A DNA stretch of 64,000 bases, taken from contig CBDUZW010000007.1 of the NCBI GenBank assembly GCA_965371805.1, positions 56,119-120,118 on the forward strand, written 5' to 3'. Of the stretch, positions 52,363 through 62,404 are shown one piece after another (the stretch's first letter is position 1; every line of letters starts with the position of its first letter). Origin of the DNA: an uncultured bacterium (GTDB lineage Bacteria; Acidobacteriota; Aminicenantia; UBA2199). The position numbers were made by a program, and so were the translations under genes. Below the pieces are notes generated by a model. It made no database searches. It was not told the origin of the DNA and saw only the letters and a program-made list of their open reading frames with translations.

Positions 52363-52860
52363 ATGGATCAGGAAATATTTAATATTCAGCAGGCACATAA
52401 TAGGGAATATTATCATGAGTTATGGAAAAAAGCCAAGGAAGAGAATTATAAAAATAGTTCTGATGAGGAAAAGCTTATCATGGAAATTATGCTTGAACAT
52501 GAGGAGGAGTATTTTATTTTTTTTGAAAATTTAGACTTATTAAAGGAACATGAATTTGATCCGGATGAAGAGGAAAATCCTATTATGCATATTACTATAC
52601 ATCAAATCGTAGAGAATCAGCTTAGAAATAAAGAACCTATTGAGGTTTACCAATTCCTATTGGCAATGAATAAAAAGAAATGTCCTCGACATGAAACCAT
52701 TCATCTTATCTCTCGAATCTTCATCCAAATATTTTTCAAAACATTGAAGTATAAAGTTCCATTTGATAAAAAAAAATATGTTTTTTTATTAAAAAAATAC
52801 AAAACCCGTAAACCTGAAAATATTTTTCAATTAATAGAAAATGATGAAGAAGAAAATTGA
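52363..52860 (+). CDS. Hypothetical acidic cytoplasmic protein (DUF1841-like motif NPxxHxxxHxxVENQL…HExIHxI)
   Basis: 165 aa with an E/D-rich N-terminus. The …NPIMHITIHQIVENQLRNKEPIEV…CPRHETIHLISRIF… segment matches my recollection of a conserved small-protein family. It starts 16 nt after the preceding gene. Confidence 0.45.
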   Translation: MDQEIFNIQQAHNREYYHELWKKAKEENYKNSSDEEKLIMEIMLEHEEEYFIFFENLDLLKEHEFDPDEEENPIMHITIHQIVENQLRNKEPIEVYQFLLAMNKKKCPRHETIHLISRIFIQIFFKTLKYKVPFDKKKYVFLLKKYKTRKPENIFQLIENDEEEN

Positions 52861-53079
52861 TTAAAAAAGTAGTCAATTATGAATCAAAATAGAAATCTAT
52901 TTTGCGAAGATAATATTATTCCCACAAATCTGTACTCAGATATTTTAAACCGGAGTCATTTATGATAGTTGCAATAATTTTACCTTTTAATGGCCCTTTT
53001 AATTTGAACCGGGCCGGAGTTTTACTTTTTTACTTCTTTAATATTTATTAGCTTTCATTGTCTTTAGATGAGCGGGTCA

Positions 53080-53100
53080 TTTTTTGCCTGACACCTTTTT
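53080..53100 (+). repeat. Direct-repeat motif GCCTGACACCTTTTTCA, right copy
   Basis: TTGCCTGACACCTTTTTCAC matches the 51289-51326 repeats. The two flank the 51.8-52.9 kb cassette. Confidence 0.5.
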
Positions 53101-53430
53101 CACTCCGAAAAGCAATTTAATTTGATAGAGAAAACTGTTATTATCAGTCCATCAATATCCAAACAGCCGGAAGCGAATGAATACAGTTCACCCATAGAGA
53201 AGTTTCTTTTTGATTTCTTTATTGAAAACAGGAAATTAAAAATTATGTAAGATTCCGAAGCAATAAATACTGTAAAGAATGCAATTACCTCTGGCAGAAT
53301 CAATATCTCCTCTTTATATTCTTATGCAGTCCGCAAATAGGATACTTTTAAGTGCCAGTCCAGATCTAATTTCAGGGGCTAGTCTTATTGGTTTATTGAC
53401 AATAATTCTATTATTTGTTAAAAATTAGTT

Positions 53431-54417
53431 ATGATAAAAAACAATCAACTTATAATTTATCAGACTGAGGATGGGAAAGTTAAAATTGAAACTCATTTTG
53501 AGAATGAAACCGTTTGGCTAAACATAGAACAAATATCAGAATTATTTCAAAAATCCCGTTCTACAATTAATGAGCATATTCTTAATATCTATAAAGAACA
53601 GGAGCTTGATCAAGCACCTACAATGAGAAAAATCGGAATTTCCGGTTTTTCTACTAAACCTACCAACCATTATAATCTTGATGTGATAATTTCAGTAGGT
53701 TACAGAGTGAAATCTCATAGAGGTGTTCATTTTCGTAAATGGGCAACAGCACTTATTAAAGAGTATTTGATAAAGGGCTTTGCAATGAATGATGAACTGC
53801 TTAAAGAGGCCGGAGGCGGGAATTATTTTGATGAATTACTGGCCAGAATACGTGATATCCGTTCATCTGAAAAAGTGTTCTGGCGTAAGGTTTTAGACAT
53901 TTATGCCACTAGTATTGATTATGATGCAGATACAGAACAATCTGTAATGGTTTTTAAAACCATACAAAACAAAATGCATTGGGCAGCTCATGGTGAAACA
54001 GCTGCTGAAACAGTTTATAAGAGGGTTGATTCTTCAAAAGAGCATCTAGGATTAACTAACTTTAACGGTGAAATACCAACAAAAAATGAGGCTGAAATCG
54101 CTAAGAATTACCTTTTAAAAGATGAATTAGATATATTAAACAGAATGGTAACAGCATTTCTGGAAATTGGAGAAATTCAGGCATTAGACCGTAAACCTAT
54201 GTACATGAAAGATTGGATTAAGCAGCTTGATACATTCCTGCAAATGACAAATAAAAATATTTTAAAAAATTCGGGTACTATCAGCCATAAAAAGGCTGTA
54301 GAAAAAGCTCACAGAGAATACGAAGTTTATAAAGAAAAAACAAAGAATAGGATTACGCAGATTGAAAAGGATTTTATGAAACAAATTGAGAAGAAAACGA
54401 AAGGTCTGAAAAATTGA
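53431..54417 (+). CDS. RhuM-family virulence/mobile-element-associated protein
   Basis: The N-terminal …IIYQTEDGKVKIETHFENETVWLNIEQISELFQKSRSTINEHI… resembles the RhuM family signature. Size is 328 aa. Confidence 0.7.
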   Translation: MIKNNQLIIYQTEDGKVKIETHFENETVWLNIEQISELFQKSRSTINEHILNIYKEQELDQAPTMRKIGISGFSTKPTNHYNLDVIISVGYRVKSHRGVHFRKWATALIKEYLIKGFAMNDELLKEAGGGNYFDELLARIRDIRSSEKVFWRKVLDIYATSIDYDADTEQSVMVFKTIQNKMHWAAHGETAAETVYKRVDSSKEHLGLTNFNGEIPTKNEAEIAKNYLLKDELDILNRMVTAFLEIGEIQALDRKPMYMKDWIKQLDTFLQMTNKNILKNSGTISHKKAVEKAHREYEVYKEKTKNRITQIEKDFMKQIEKKTKGLKN

Positions 54418-54483
54418 AGTTTACAGAAGAAAAATTTAAATAAATTCTGTCTGTCCCCTTTCTCTTAGTTTTTTCAAATATAC

Positions 54484-55296
54484 TTATTTAACAGGGACAA
54501 ATCTCCATGAAACAATACCGCCTTTTTCATTTTTATATGACCCTTTAAGCGTATAGCCGGATGATGGGAGGGCAATCTCGAAGGCTTCAGCTGCGATACT
54601 TTCCCTGGAGGGATTTCTTACCGCTTCAGGGAACATCTCTTTAAGGAGTTCAGGAAAAGCTATTTTCCTATTATGATCCTCCATTTTATTTATTAATGCC
54701 TTTGTAATTTTCAGCCTTGAGTACGATTCTACACCCACTCCGGATTCACCCAGTTCTACATCATCAATACCCGGAGTGATTCTCAATGAATATGTCCCCC
54801 TGCTGTAATTGAACTGGAGATTATTTATATAATGTTCCGGCTCGATCTTTTCACTTCCTTTTCCGTCCGTCATGTACACTATTACCGCCTCTCCCAATTT
54901 TGAAATGTTTAGAATTGAAACGTTATATTTTACTTTTCCCTGCCCTACAAATTTATCTTCCCATCCTACTAATTCACCTTCCTCCCCTTCCAATTTACTT
55001 TCACTTCTTTTTAAGGGTCTAAAGGTCACCGTCCCGTCTATTCTGACCGTCTCAACTGTTTTACCGTATAATCCCTTTAATTTTAAAAAGGTGACGCTGT
55101 TATCGTAAAAACTTTCATTGAGATCAAGTTTATAGTGAATCTCACCTTTCCATTTTTTAATACTTTTAAATCTCGCCTTTCCTCTCTGTTGTGGAGGATT
55201 TGATCCTTCCGCTATTTCGAATAGGAGAAAAAATGAGCCAATAAGAAACATAATAAACAGGTTCCGGGAAAACAAAATTTTTTTTTTTTTAACCAT
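54484..55296 (-). CDS. Hypothetical secreted protein (GC-rich island)
   Basis: Has a signal peptide. Size is 270 aa. Its GC content is much higher than the window baseline. Confidence 0.45.
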   Translation of the reverse strand: MVKKKKILFSRNLFIMFLIGSFFLLFEIAEGSNPPQQRGKARFKSIKKWKGEIHYKLDLNESFYDNSVTFLKLKGLYGKTVETVRIDGTVTFRPLKRSESKLEGEEGELVGWEDKFVGQGKVKYNVSILNISKLGEAVIVYMTDGKGSEKIEPEHYINNLQFNYSRGTYSLRITPGIDDVELGESGVGVESYSRLKITKALINKMEDHNRKIAFPELLKEMFPEAVRNPSRESIAAEAFEIALPSSGYTLKGSYKNEKGGIVSWRFVPVK

Positions 55297-55506
55297 GACC
55301 CTTCCTCCAAATTATTATTAAATATAACACTCCTTTCCTAAAAGGAGAATCTCTTTATTGTAATAAAACATTCTAGTATAAAAAACTTATTTTCTCAGCC
55401 AGATTAAGTGGAAATTCTTCAGTCTTTGATCTGCACTTTGTACATTGCAATGGGTAAACTTTATAAACTTTGTAAATTAGATGCTGGTTGATTACGGAGA
55501 AAGGGA

Positions 55507-56019
55507 TTAGCGAAGTTTTCCAACATCATCCAGGCGGATTAGATGGAAGGTTTTTCCATCCCAATGTGCTGCTACTTCTGCACCTTTATGTGCAAGAGCA
55601 TAGCATGCACCAGCATCTACACCAGCTCTCTTAGCAAATCTAATTCCACGCTTTGGAAAAATCTCGAGCAAAGGTCCGAACTTGCCTTTCTCAGAAAGAA
55701 TTGCAATACCAGCTGCTGAGATCTCTTTCTTTTTCTGGAACTTGGCCAGGGCAGTCATCATCTTTTCCGGAGTTAAATTGGGAAAGGGTTGCATGAATGC
55801 AAGTGCCTTTTTGTAGTTCTTTGCATCCAATGAAGTATTGAGATCATGTAGAATGGATACTATGGCTTCTTTAGTAGGCTTAACAGACTCTCCGTCGGTC
55901 TTTGAAACTGTTGAATCCCAAGACGACTCACATCCACACACCCCAAGAAGCAAGGTTAATGTTAAAACTACAAAACTGACAGTATAAACGTTTTTTGATA
56001 AATTTCTTAGAAAATCCAT
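55507..56019 (-). CDS. Hypothetical lipoprotein (GC-rich island)
   Basis: Lipobox-like LLLGVCGCESS. Size is 170 aa. About 48% GC. Confidence 0.45.
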   Translation of the reverse strand: MDFLRNLSKNVYTVSFVVLTLTLLLGVCGCESSWDSTVSKTDGESVKPTKEAIVSILHDLNTSLDAKNYKKALAFMQPFPNLTPEKMMTALAKFQKKKEISAAGIAILSEKGKFGPLLEIFPKRGIRFAKRAGVDAGACYALAHKGAEVAAHWDGKTFHLIRLDDVGKLR

Positions 56020-56223
56020 AATTTGTCATACCTCCAATTTTTTCATATTAAAAAGTTACTACAAAAAAAATTTTATTGCAAATCCATTTTATTAAAACTC
56101 ATTTGAAATAAATTAAATAATAGGCTTATTTTTATTGACTTTATTTATTTATTTTTTTAGAATGCAGATATTATGTATCAGCAATGCCGGAATGATATGA
56201 AGGTATTCCCTGGAGGATAAATC

Positions 56224-58800
56224 ATGAAGCCTAAGAACATTAAGAGAATACTATTTATTATTTCTGTGTTTTTGATTGGGACAGTGATTCTGCTGCCTGT
56301 CAAGAATAGAAAACTCAGTCAAACTGAATTGGCAGAACTTCGTGATGCCAAAACAGTTCAGGTTATTATTGAACCTGTTACGGGAAATACAAAGAAGGTG
56401 AAATTTCCAATTAGAGAGACAATCAAAAAAATGCTGATCCCGGCAGGATTAAAATATACCGCTGCTAATGGGGCTATGGTTTTTAAGATAAAGTTAACTG
56501 CTCGTGCTCTCTCTCGTAATTATTCAAGATTCGGGTTTGGAGGTGGGCGAAAAGGGTATACAGGTGCCAGTATATCTGGGAATATTATCGTTTTAAAAGG
56601 AATGAAACAGTTTTTCAAATACAATTTTTCAGGCAGTGTCGGCACCTCTTATTCGATCTTATCAGGTTCTTATAAGTATCCCTCATCTGCTCCCTTTTCT
56701 AAAGCTTTTTTGAAATCAACCTTTCAAAATAAAGTCATGGATATCATAATAAATATTCAGGAGAAACAAATCCCTTTGCTGATCCGGTATTTTAAAAGTT
56801 CTAATTTCCGAATCCGTAAAGCTGCCATTGAAAAGATGTCCTTAACTAAAGATACTGCTGTATTGAGTTTTATATATCTTGCTTTAAAGGATAAAACAAA
56901 TGAAGTTAGGACTTCAGCAGCTAAGGCACTTGGACGATTTGCTGATCCCGAAAGTTTAAAACCACTCTTATCCATATTGGACGATAAGAGTAAAGCAGTC
57001 AGAACTGCAGTTCGCAGTGCCCTATTTAAAATAGACAGGAATTGGCGGAATTTGGAAGCCTGTAAAAAATTGGTACCTGTCTGGATTATTGCTCTGAAAG
57101 ACAAAAGCAGCCTAATCGTTGCTGGTGCCGTTGATGCTTTGAACGAAATTTCTGATCAAAGGGTTGTAAAGCCATTAATTATTGCCTTAATGAACAATTA
57201 CTCAACCAGAAAGAAAATTATAAAAGTCCTGAATAAAAAATACTCAGGTTGGAGAAGTGGACCTGAAGCTACAGAGGCGATATCTGTTTTTTTATTAGTC
57301 TTGAAAGGCCCGGATAAAAAAAAGAAAAACAATGCTATACAGGCGCTGGGTGAATTGGGCGGACCGATTGTTCAACAGCAACTTATAAAAACTGCAACAA
57401 GTGATCCTGTTTCATCGATAAGGGGCAGTGCACTCTCAATCTTATCAAAAAAATATCCTGACTGGGGAAAATCGAAAGAGGCAGTTAAAAATGTTCCCTC
57501 CCTGATAAAAGATCTGAGAAAACCCTCTTCAGATCTCAGATACCAGTCAGTTAAAGCCCTTGACGTGATTAATGATCCGCGCGCCATCCCCTCCCTGATC
57601 AGACTTATAAAGGATAAAAACTCCAGAGTCAGTAGTGCCGCATTAAATGCACTGAAAGATATCGATGATCCCCGTATTATCAAAACACTTGCCCAAATGT
57701 TAAAGAGTAATAATTATAGAATCAGAGAAAAGGCAATTTCAGCATTAATGAAACGGGATGATCCGAAGGCAGTTGATTTGCTGATCGGGGCGGCAAAAGA
57801 CAGAAAATATTCAATCAGGATAAAGGCCATAAATGGGCTGGTTAAAAAGGAGGATTCCCGTATAAACAAAATTCTCCTGGATGCATTAAAAGACACTAAT
57901 TATAAGATCAAAACGGCTGCGATTTCTGCCCTGGGTAAAAGAAAGGAGACCCTGGCCATTAAGCCCCTGCTAAAACTTCTTAAGGATAAGAATGCAAGAT
58001 TGAGGAATTCTGCCAGTTATGCCCTGAAAGGAATGGTTGATCTCTGTACGGTTGATACCCTTTTAGAATTGACAAAAAGTGACAGTTCAAGTTTAAAACT
58101 TTCTGCGTTAACTGCACTTGGCAAATATGACAGCCCCAAAGTTATTGAACTGCTAATTAAATCTATGAAAGATAAGAATTCCAATATCAGGCTAAAGGCG
58201 GTTGGGGCACTGGGAAAAATAGATAATGAGCGAACTGTAAAACCTCTTATAGCAGCACTTCAGGACAAATACTATAAGGTCAGAGAAGTTGCTGTAAAAA
58301 GCCTTGGAAAAAGAAAAGAAGTCCGGGCTGCAGCTGCTCTTTTAATGCTTTTAAAAAGTAAAAAAACAGTAGTGAAAAAATCCAGGTACTATAAAAAACG
58401 CAGGGTGACAACTCACCGTTCAAAAATTAGGAATACTGTTTTCAATGCATTGGAGAATATGGCTGAAGATCTACCGGCAAAACTTCTTTTGGATCAAATT
58501 AGAGAGAATAATTATAATATGAAGTACAAATTAAAAAAATTAGCCATAAAAACAGAGGATCCGGAGGCTGCAAACATCTATATCACTGCTTTGAAGGATG
58601 ATAATAGATCAGTTGTCCAGGTTCTAATCGAAATACTTGGAAGCCGCAAAGAACGTAAAGCAATAGAACCGCTTATCGAAAAACTGAAAAGTAGCGACAG
58701 AGGCATAAAAAAAAGTGCCTCTTATGCATTAAAATCTATCACTGGTAAAAATTACAAAACAAAATACAAGAAATGGAAAAAATGGTGGAAAAAAAAATAG
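56224..58800 (+). CDS. Membrane-anchored PBS-lyase-type HEAT-repeat protein with Lys/Trp-rich C-terminal tail
   Basis: N-terminal TM anchor. About 17 repeats fit the pattern …DPRAIPxLIxLLKDKNxxVRxxAxxALGK…. The C-terminus is …YKKWKKWWKKK. Size is 858 aa. Confidence 0.8.
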   Translation: MKPKNIKRILFIISVFLIGTVILLPVKNRKLSQTELAELRDAKTVQVIIEPVTGNTKKVKFPIRETIKKMLIPAGLKYTAANGAMVFKIKLTARALSRNYSRFGFGGGRKGYTGASISGNIIVLKGMKQFFKYNFSGSVGTSYSILSGSYKYPSSAPFSKAFLKSTFQNKVMDIIINIQEKQIPLLIRYFKSSNFRIRKAAIEKMSLTKDTAVLSFIYLALKDKTNEVRTSAAKALGRFADPESLKPLLSILDDKSKAVRTAVRSALFKIDRNWRNLEACKKLVPVWIIALKDKSSLIVAGAVDALNEISDQRVVKPLIIALMNNYSTRKKIIKVLNKKYSGWRSGPEATEAISVFLLVLKGPDKKKKNNAIQALGELGGPIVQQQLIKTATSDPVSSIRGSALSILSKKYPDWGKSKEAVKNVPSLIKDLRKPSSDLRYQSVKALDVINDPRAIPSLIRLIKDKNSRVSSAALNALKDIDDPRIIKTLAQMLKSNNYRIREKAISALMKRDDPKAVDLLIGAAKDRKYSIRIKAINGLVKKEDSRINKILLDALKDTNYKIKTAAISALGKRKETLAIKPLLKLLKDKNARLRNSASYALKGMVDLCTVDTLLELTKSDSSSLKLSALTALGKYDSPKVIELLIKSMKDKNSNIRLKAVGALGKIDNERTVKPLIAALQDKYYKVREVAVKSLGKRKEVRAAAALLMLLKSKKTVVKKSRYYKKRRVTTHRSKIRNTVFNALENMAEDLPAKLLLDQIRENNYNMKYKLKKLAIKTEDPEAANIYITALKDDNRSVVQVLIEILGSRKERKAIEPLIEKLKSSDRGIKKSASYALKSITGKNYKTKYKKWKKWWKKK

Positions 58801-58886
58801 ATCTTAAAATTCTATTTTGTAATTTAAACCAAGCAATTCCTGTTTATCACAAAAATGATAAAATAACAAAAAGAGCTAATGGATCA

Positions 58887-59789
58887 TTATTTCTCCCAGA
58901 CAATTCGAAATCCTAAACCGCTATCATTATAATTAACTCCATGACCGCCACGAACTGTAGTTCTTACTGTTTTGGGACCGCAATACCAGCCTCCACCCCT
59001 GAATGTATTTCCGTTTCCGGTTAATGGACCTTTTGGATTTACCTTTTCAGACTTTAAATAATAGTCCTTCTGATATTGATCACGACACCATTCCCACACA
59101 TTTCCAGCCATATCCATTACATTATAAATTGAGGCACCGGCAGGATAGGTTCCAACTGGTGAAGTATACCCAAATCCATCATCTATAGATTTATCACCCC
59201 AACCTTTTATTTTCATATTAACATCTTCACAATTCAATTTATCTCCTGACAATTTACTGTTTCCCCAGGGATATGTTCGGCCATCAGTTCCCCGGGCTGC
59301 TTTTTCCCATTGAGCTTCAGTAGGAAGATATATCTTTTTCCCGGTTTTTTTAGATAACCATTTACAAAACATCTTGGCATCACCGGAGGTAATTAAAACG
59401 ACCGGATGACTGTCTTTCTGCAGAAAACCGGGGTTTTTCCAGTTTGCTGTCTTAACATTTGTCCATTTCCCATTAACCAGAAGAGAGGCGCTTCCTTTTT
59501 TTTCAACTTCGGTTATATATTTCGCCTCCTTAACGAATTTTTTAAACTGACCAACTGTTATTTCATGTTTTGAAATAGAATATGTATCAAGTATAACATC
59601 ATGCACTGGACCTTCATTCTTCCACCTGTTTTTTACATTGGAACCCATTTCGAATTTTCCTGCAGGAATTTTCACCCAGTCAATTTGTAAGACCTTTTTA
59701 TCGAATTGCATCTCTTTTGAATCCAGAGCAAATTGAATCTGGACAAATAAAACCATGATCAGTACTAATAAAATTGCTTTTGTTCTCAT
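58887..59789 (-). CDS. Secreted FGE-sulfatase-domain (SUMF1/formylglycine-generating-enzyme family) protein
   Basis: Has a signal peptide and the motifs …GPVHDVILDTYSISKHEITVGQF…, …GNVWEWC… and …RGGGW…. Size is 300 aa. Confidence 0.8.
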   Translation of the reverse strand: MRTKAILLVLIMVLFVQIQFALDSKEMQFDKKVLQIDWVKIPAGKFEMGSNVKNRWKNEGPVHDVILDTYSISKHEITVGQFKKFVKEAKYITEVEKKGSASLLVNGKWTNVKTANWKNPGFLQKDSHPVVLITSGDAKMFCKWLSKKTGKKIYLPTEAQWEKAARGTDGRTYPWGNSKLSGDKLNCEDVNMKIKGWGDKSIDDGFGYTSPVGTYPAGASIYNVMDMAGNVWEWCRDQYQKDYYLKSEKVNPKGPLTGNGNTFRGGGWYCGPKTVRTTVRGGHGVNYNDSGLGFRIVWEK

Positions 59790-60208
59790 AACTTCTCCTT
59801 TTTTATTTAATATATCTAAGATAATTATTTAATCATCTTTTCATACCTCAAACAATAGGTAATTTTTCTCATTTTCAAAAATTTAAAACTCTATTTAGAT
59901 GACAAATGTAACGAAAGTGCTATTTCAGATTTATTTTATCGAGTGAAACAAAAAATAGATTTTTTCACTTCTCCTCCTCAGGGCTTTAATACTAATATAG
60001 AAATTTTTAAGTTAAAACATCTAAAGTCCTTCATACAAAAGGCATTCGCTTGTTATTTTATTTCATTGAATTTTTATTACAAGTATATTTTACTAAATTT
60101 CATTAACCTATTAAAAAATCAGCTTCTTTAATATATGTATTAGTACGGTTATAAAAAATAAATGGGGCTCTGATAATCTAAAATTTGAAACATTTAAACA
60201 TTTGCAAA

Positions 60209-62404
60209 TTATTGATCTTTATCAAATAGATCACTTACTTCAGCTAAAGTTAAAGTATTCTTATATACTTTTATCTCATCAATATAACCCACAAATCTTG
60301 AACTTCCATTTCGGTATGATCCGAAATTAAAGTCTCCATTATTAACCGTATTTGAAGATGCCCTCAATGTAGCCCTTATAGAAGTAATTAATGGGTCTGT
60401 AACAGAGCTGGATAATTCGGTTATATAAATTTTAACCCTTGATGCAGGTATAGTCGTATTCCCCGTAATACCGCTTCCATCATATGTAAGGGCTACATGG
60501 TACCATCTATTTGTGAGTATTTCAGTATTATTCAATACATGAATTCTCCTACCGTTATTATTCCCATTTTGCCTCATGGTAAAATTGACTGCAAAATTAT
60601 TACTACCCACTTCCTTAACATCTAAAAACCAACCTCGACCATTATTTCCATTTGAAATTTTAGATATTAGCGTATATTCTCTGTTGGTATTAATAGAAGG
60701 CATTTTAAACCAGAGGGAGATTGAAAACTGATCTGTTGGCTCAAAATCAAAATCATCTCCAAATTCTACATATCCGTTATTGCCCCCATCGCAGTAAATG
60801 GCCTTTCCCCGGATATTATTAGTATCCCATAAACGGTCAATATTATTCATATTTACCAGTGTACCATTTATTTCCGGAGCATAATTTAGAAAACCGGATC
60901 CATACACAGTGGGACCATCCCCCTCTTCAAAGGACCACCAGACAAATTCACCAGTGGCAACCGGGGGTATTTCATGAACCAGAAGATGATGAAAACTTGT
61001 ATAGTGGTTTCCATCCCAGCTTCTCAAACCCGGCATTCCGTCTGTAAATGCGTTATCTGTAAAATTAAATCTCTCTATACCGTCAACCTTAATAATATGC
61101 CTTAATCCCGTAACAGTTATTGAAATCTGATGAGATGACTCAAAAACATCAGGGAATTCTGCAAGACTCATAATACGAGTTTGAAATGGAGCTTGTTCCT
61201 CTCCGCTATAAACTCTTCTAACGACAAAAGCAACTCTTCCTCCACTGGTAAGCCCCGGATCATATTGAAAACAATATCCGGAAATTAGTTCCTGTCCATC
61301 ACTTCTATAGTAGATGCCATAACCTCTCCCCTGATGTAAGGTTGCATTTACCTCCAGTCTGTAATCTTCCCAGTCGGCTCTACCAAAAGCAGCTCTATGC
61401 TCTCCATCGCCTTCTGCCCAGAAATTTCCATTATTGTCAGAAGCCCATGTTGCTCCTGGAATAATTGAGTTTATAGGTGAATATGAAGCTGAATCGGGAT
61501 CTGGTTCATCAGTACTATAGAAGGTTCTTTCAAAAAAAGGAGCATCAGGTGTAGTTGAGTCTCCATAAAAATTGACATTAAAAGGAGATCCCCCATTGAG
61601 GCTGGCAATTTTATGATATTCGTTATCAGCGGTAGCGAAATATCTATGGCCCACAGGGATTTTAATACCAGGCGCAGGAGTCTGGGTTCCATATACACCC
61701 AATGCTGTTGTTATAGTTGTAGTAAAAATGGTTCCAGTTCCATCAGGATAGTGTATATTTAAATCTTCATTATCATATGTTGTTATAACATCCCTGCTAT
61801 TTTTGTATTTAAACTCACCTTGAACATATGTCCATACTTCATTTTCTTTGATTTTTAATTCATCGATATCATCATCATTTGGATTTAAGCGGTCATAGAT
61901 ACCATCCTCTCCCCCACTGGCTATAGTTACAGGCCAGGCAATAGATGCCAGAGTACCGATAGGATTGCCATTATTATCATGGTAAAAAAAAGGATTCCCC
62001 CATGCATCAAGAGTGGCAACATAAGCTCCATTATTCTGATTGTCTTTCAGATAGGGACCTCGCCACCCAAACCATACATTATTTTGCTTAATAAATGAAG
62101 GATATGCTCCCTGTTCAAAAAGATCTATCAGACTTGCAGGCAGTACACCAAGATCTCCAATAAAGCCAAAGGAACTTCTAACTTTATTAATCAAAATATC
62201 TGGATTCCCAACAATCACATTCTTGAGATTATGGATTTTTTTAGTAGTAATATTTATTCTATTTACAGGTACTTTTTGTAAAAACAGGGGAATCGCAATC
62301 GTTACTGCAACTGTAATAACCAGGACAATAAGCATTACAGCAATGGCAGCAATTCCAGAATTTTTTTGTTTTTTTTCTTTGTTATTTCTCATCCTAACCC
62401 ACAT
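60209..62404 (-). CDS. GspG-like pseudopilin domain fused to large C-terminal region with LamG (concanavalin-like lectin) domain
   Basis: N-terminal hydrophobic anchor KNSGIAAIAVMLIVLVITVAVTIAIP. A GspG-core-like segment follows (WRGPYLKDN…LDAWGNPFFYHDNNGNP…SGGEDGIYD, compare the PulG …DPWG..Y…SLGPDG motif). The C-terminus carries a LamG-like domain (…NNGYVEFGDDFDF…FSISLWFK…). Size is 731 aa. The start could be at MRNNKE. Confidence 0.6.
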   Translation of the reverse strand: MWVRMRNNKEKKQKNSGIAAIAVMLIVLVITVAVTIAIPLFLQKVPVNRINITTKKIHNLKNVIVGNPDILINKVRSSFGFIGDLGVLPASLIDLFEQGAYPSFIKQNNVWFGWRGPYLKDNQNNGAYVATLDAWGNPFFYHDNNGNPIGTLASIAWPVTIASGGEDGIYDRLNPNDDDIDELKIKENEVWTYVQGEFKYKNSRDVITTYDNEDLNIHYPDGTGTIFTTTITTALGVYGTQTPAPGIKIPVGHRYFATADNEYHKIASLNGGSPFNVNFYGDSTTPDAPFFERTFYSTDEPDPDSASYSPINSIIPGATWASDNNGNFWAEGDGEHRAAFGRADWEDYRLEVNATLHQGRGYGIYYRSDGQELISGYCFQYDPGLTSGGRVAFVVRRVYSGEEQAPFQTRIMSLAEFPDVFESSHQISITVTGLRHIIKVDGIERFNFTDNAFTDGMPGLRSWDGNHYTSFHHLLVHEIPPVATGEFVWWSFEEGDGPTVYGSGFLNYAPEINGTLVNMNNIDRLWDTNNIRGKAIYCDGGNNGYVEFGDDFDFEPTDQFSISLWFKMPSINTNREYTLISKISNGNNGRGWFLDVKEVGSNNFAVNFTMRQNGNNNGRRIHVLNNTEILTNRWYHVALTYDGSGITGNTTIPASRVKIYITELSSSVTDPLITSIRATLRASSNTVNNGDFNFGSYRNGSSRFVGYIDEIKVYKNTLTLAEVSDLFDKDQ

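Noticed and set aside
53431-54417. RhuM gene as the toxin of a novel defence system
   Set aside because: It is a member of a known, though poorly characterised, family and no partner gene is adjacent. It is retained only as an island marker.
56757-57896. Three ORFs antisense in the HEAT-repeat gene
   Set aside because: The GC-richer coding sequence keeps antisense frames open. The repeat structure is clearly coding on the + strand.
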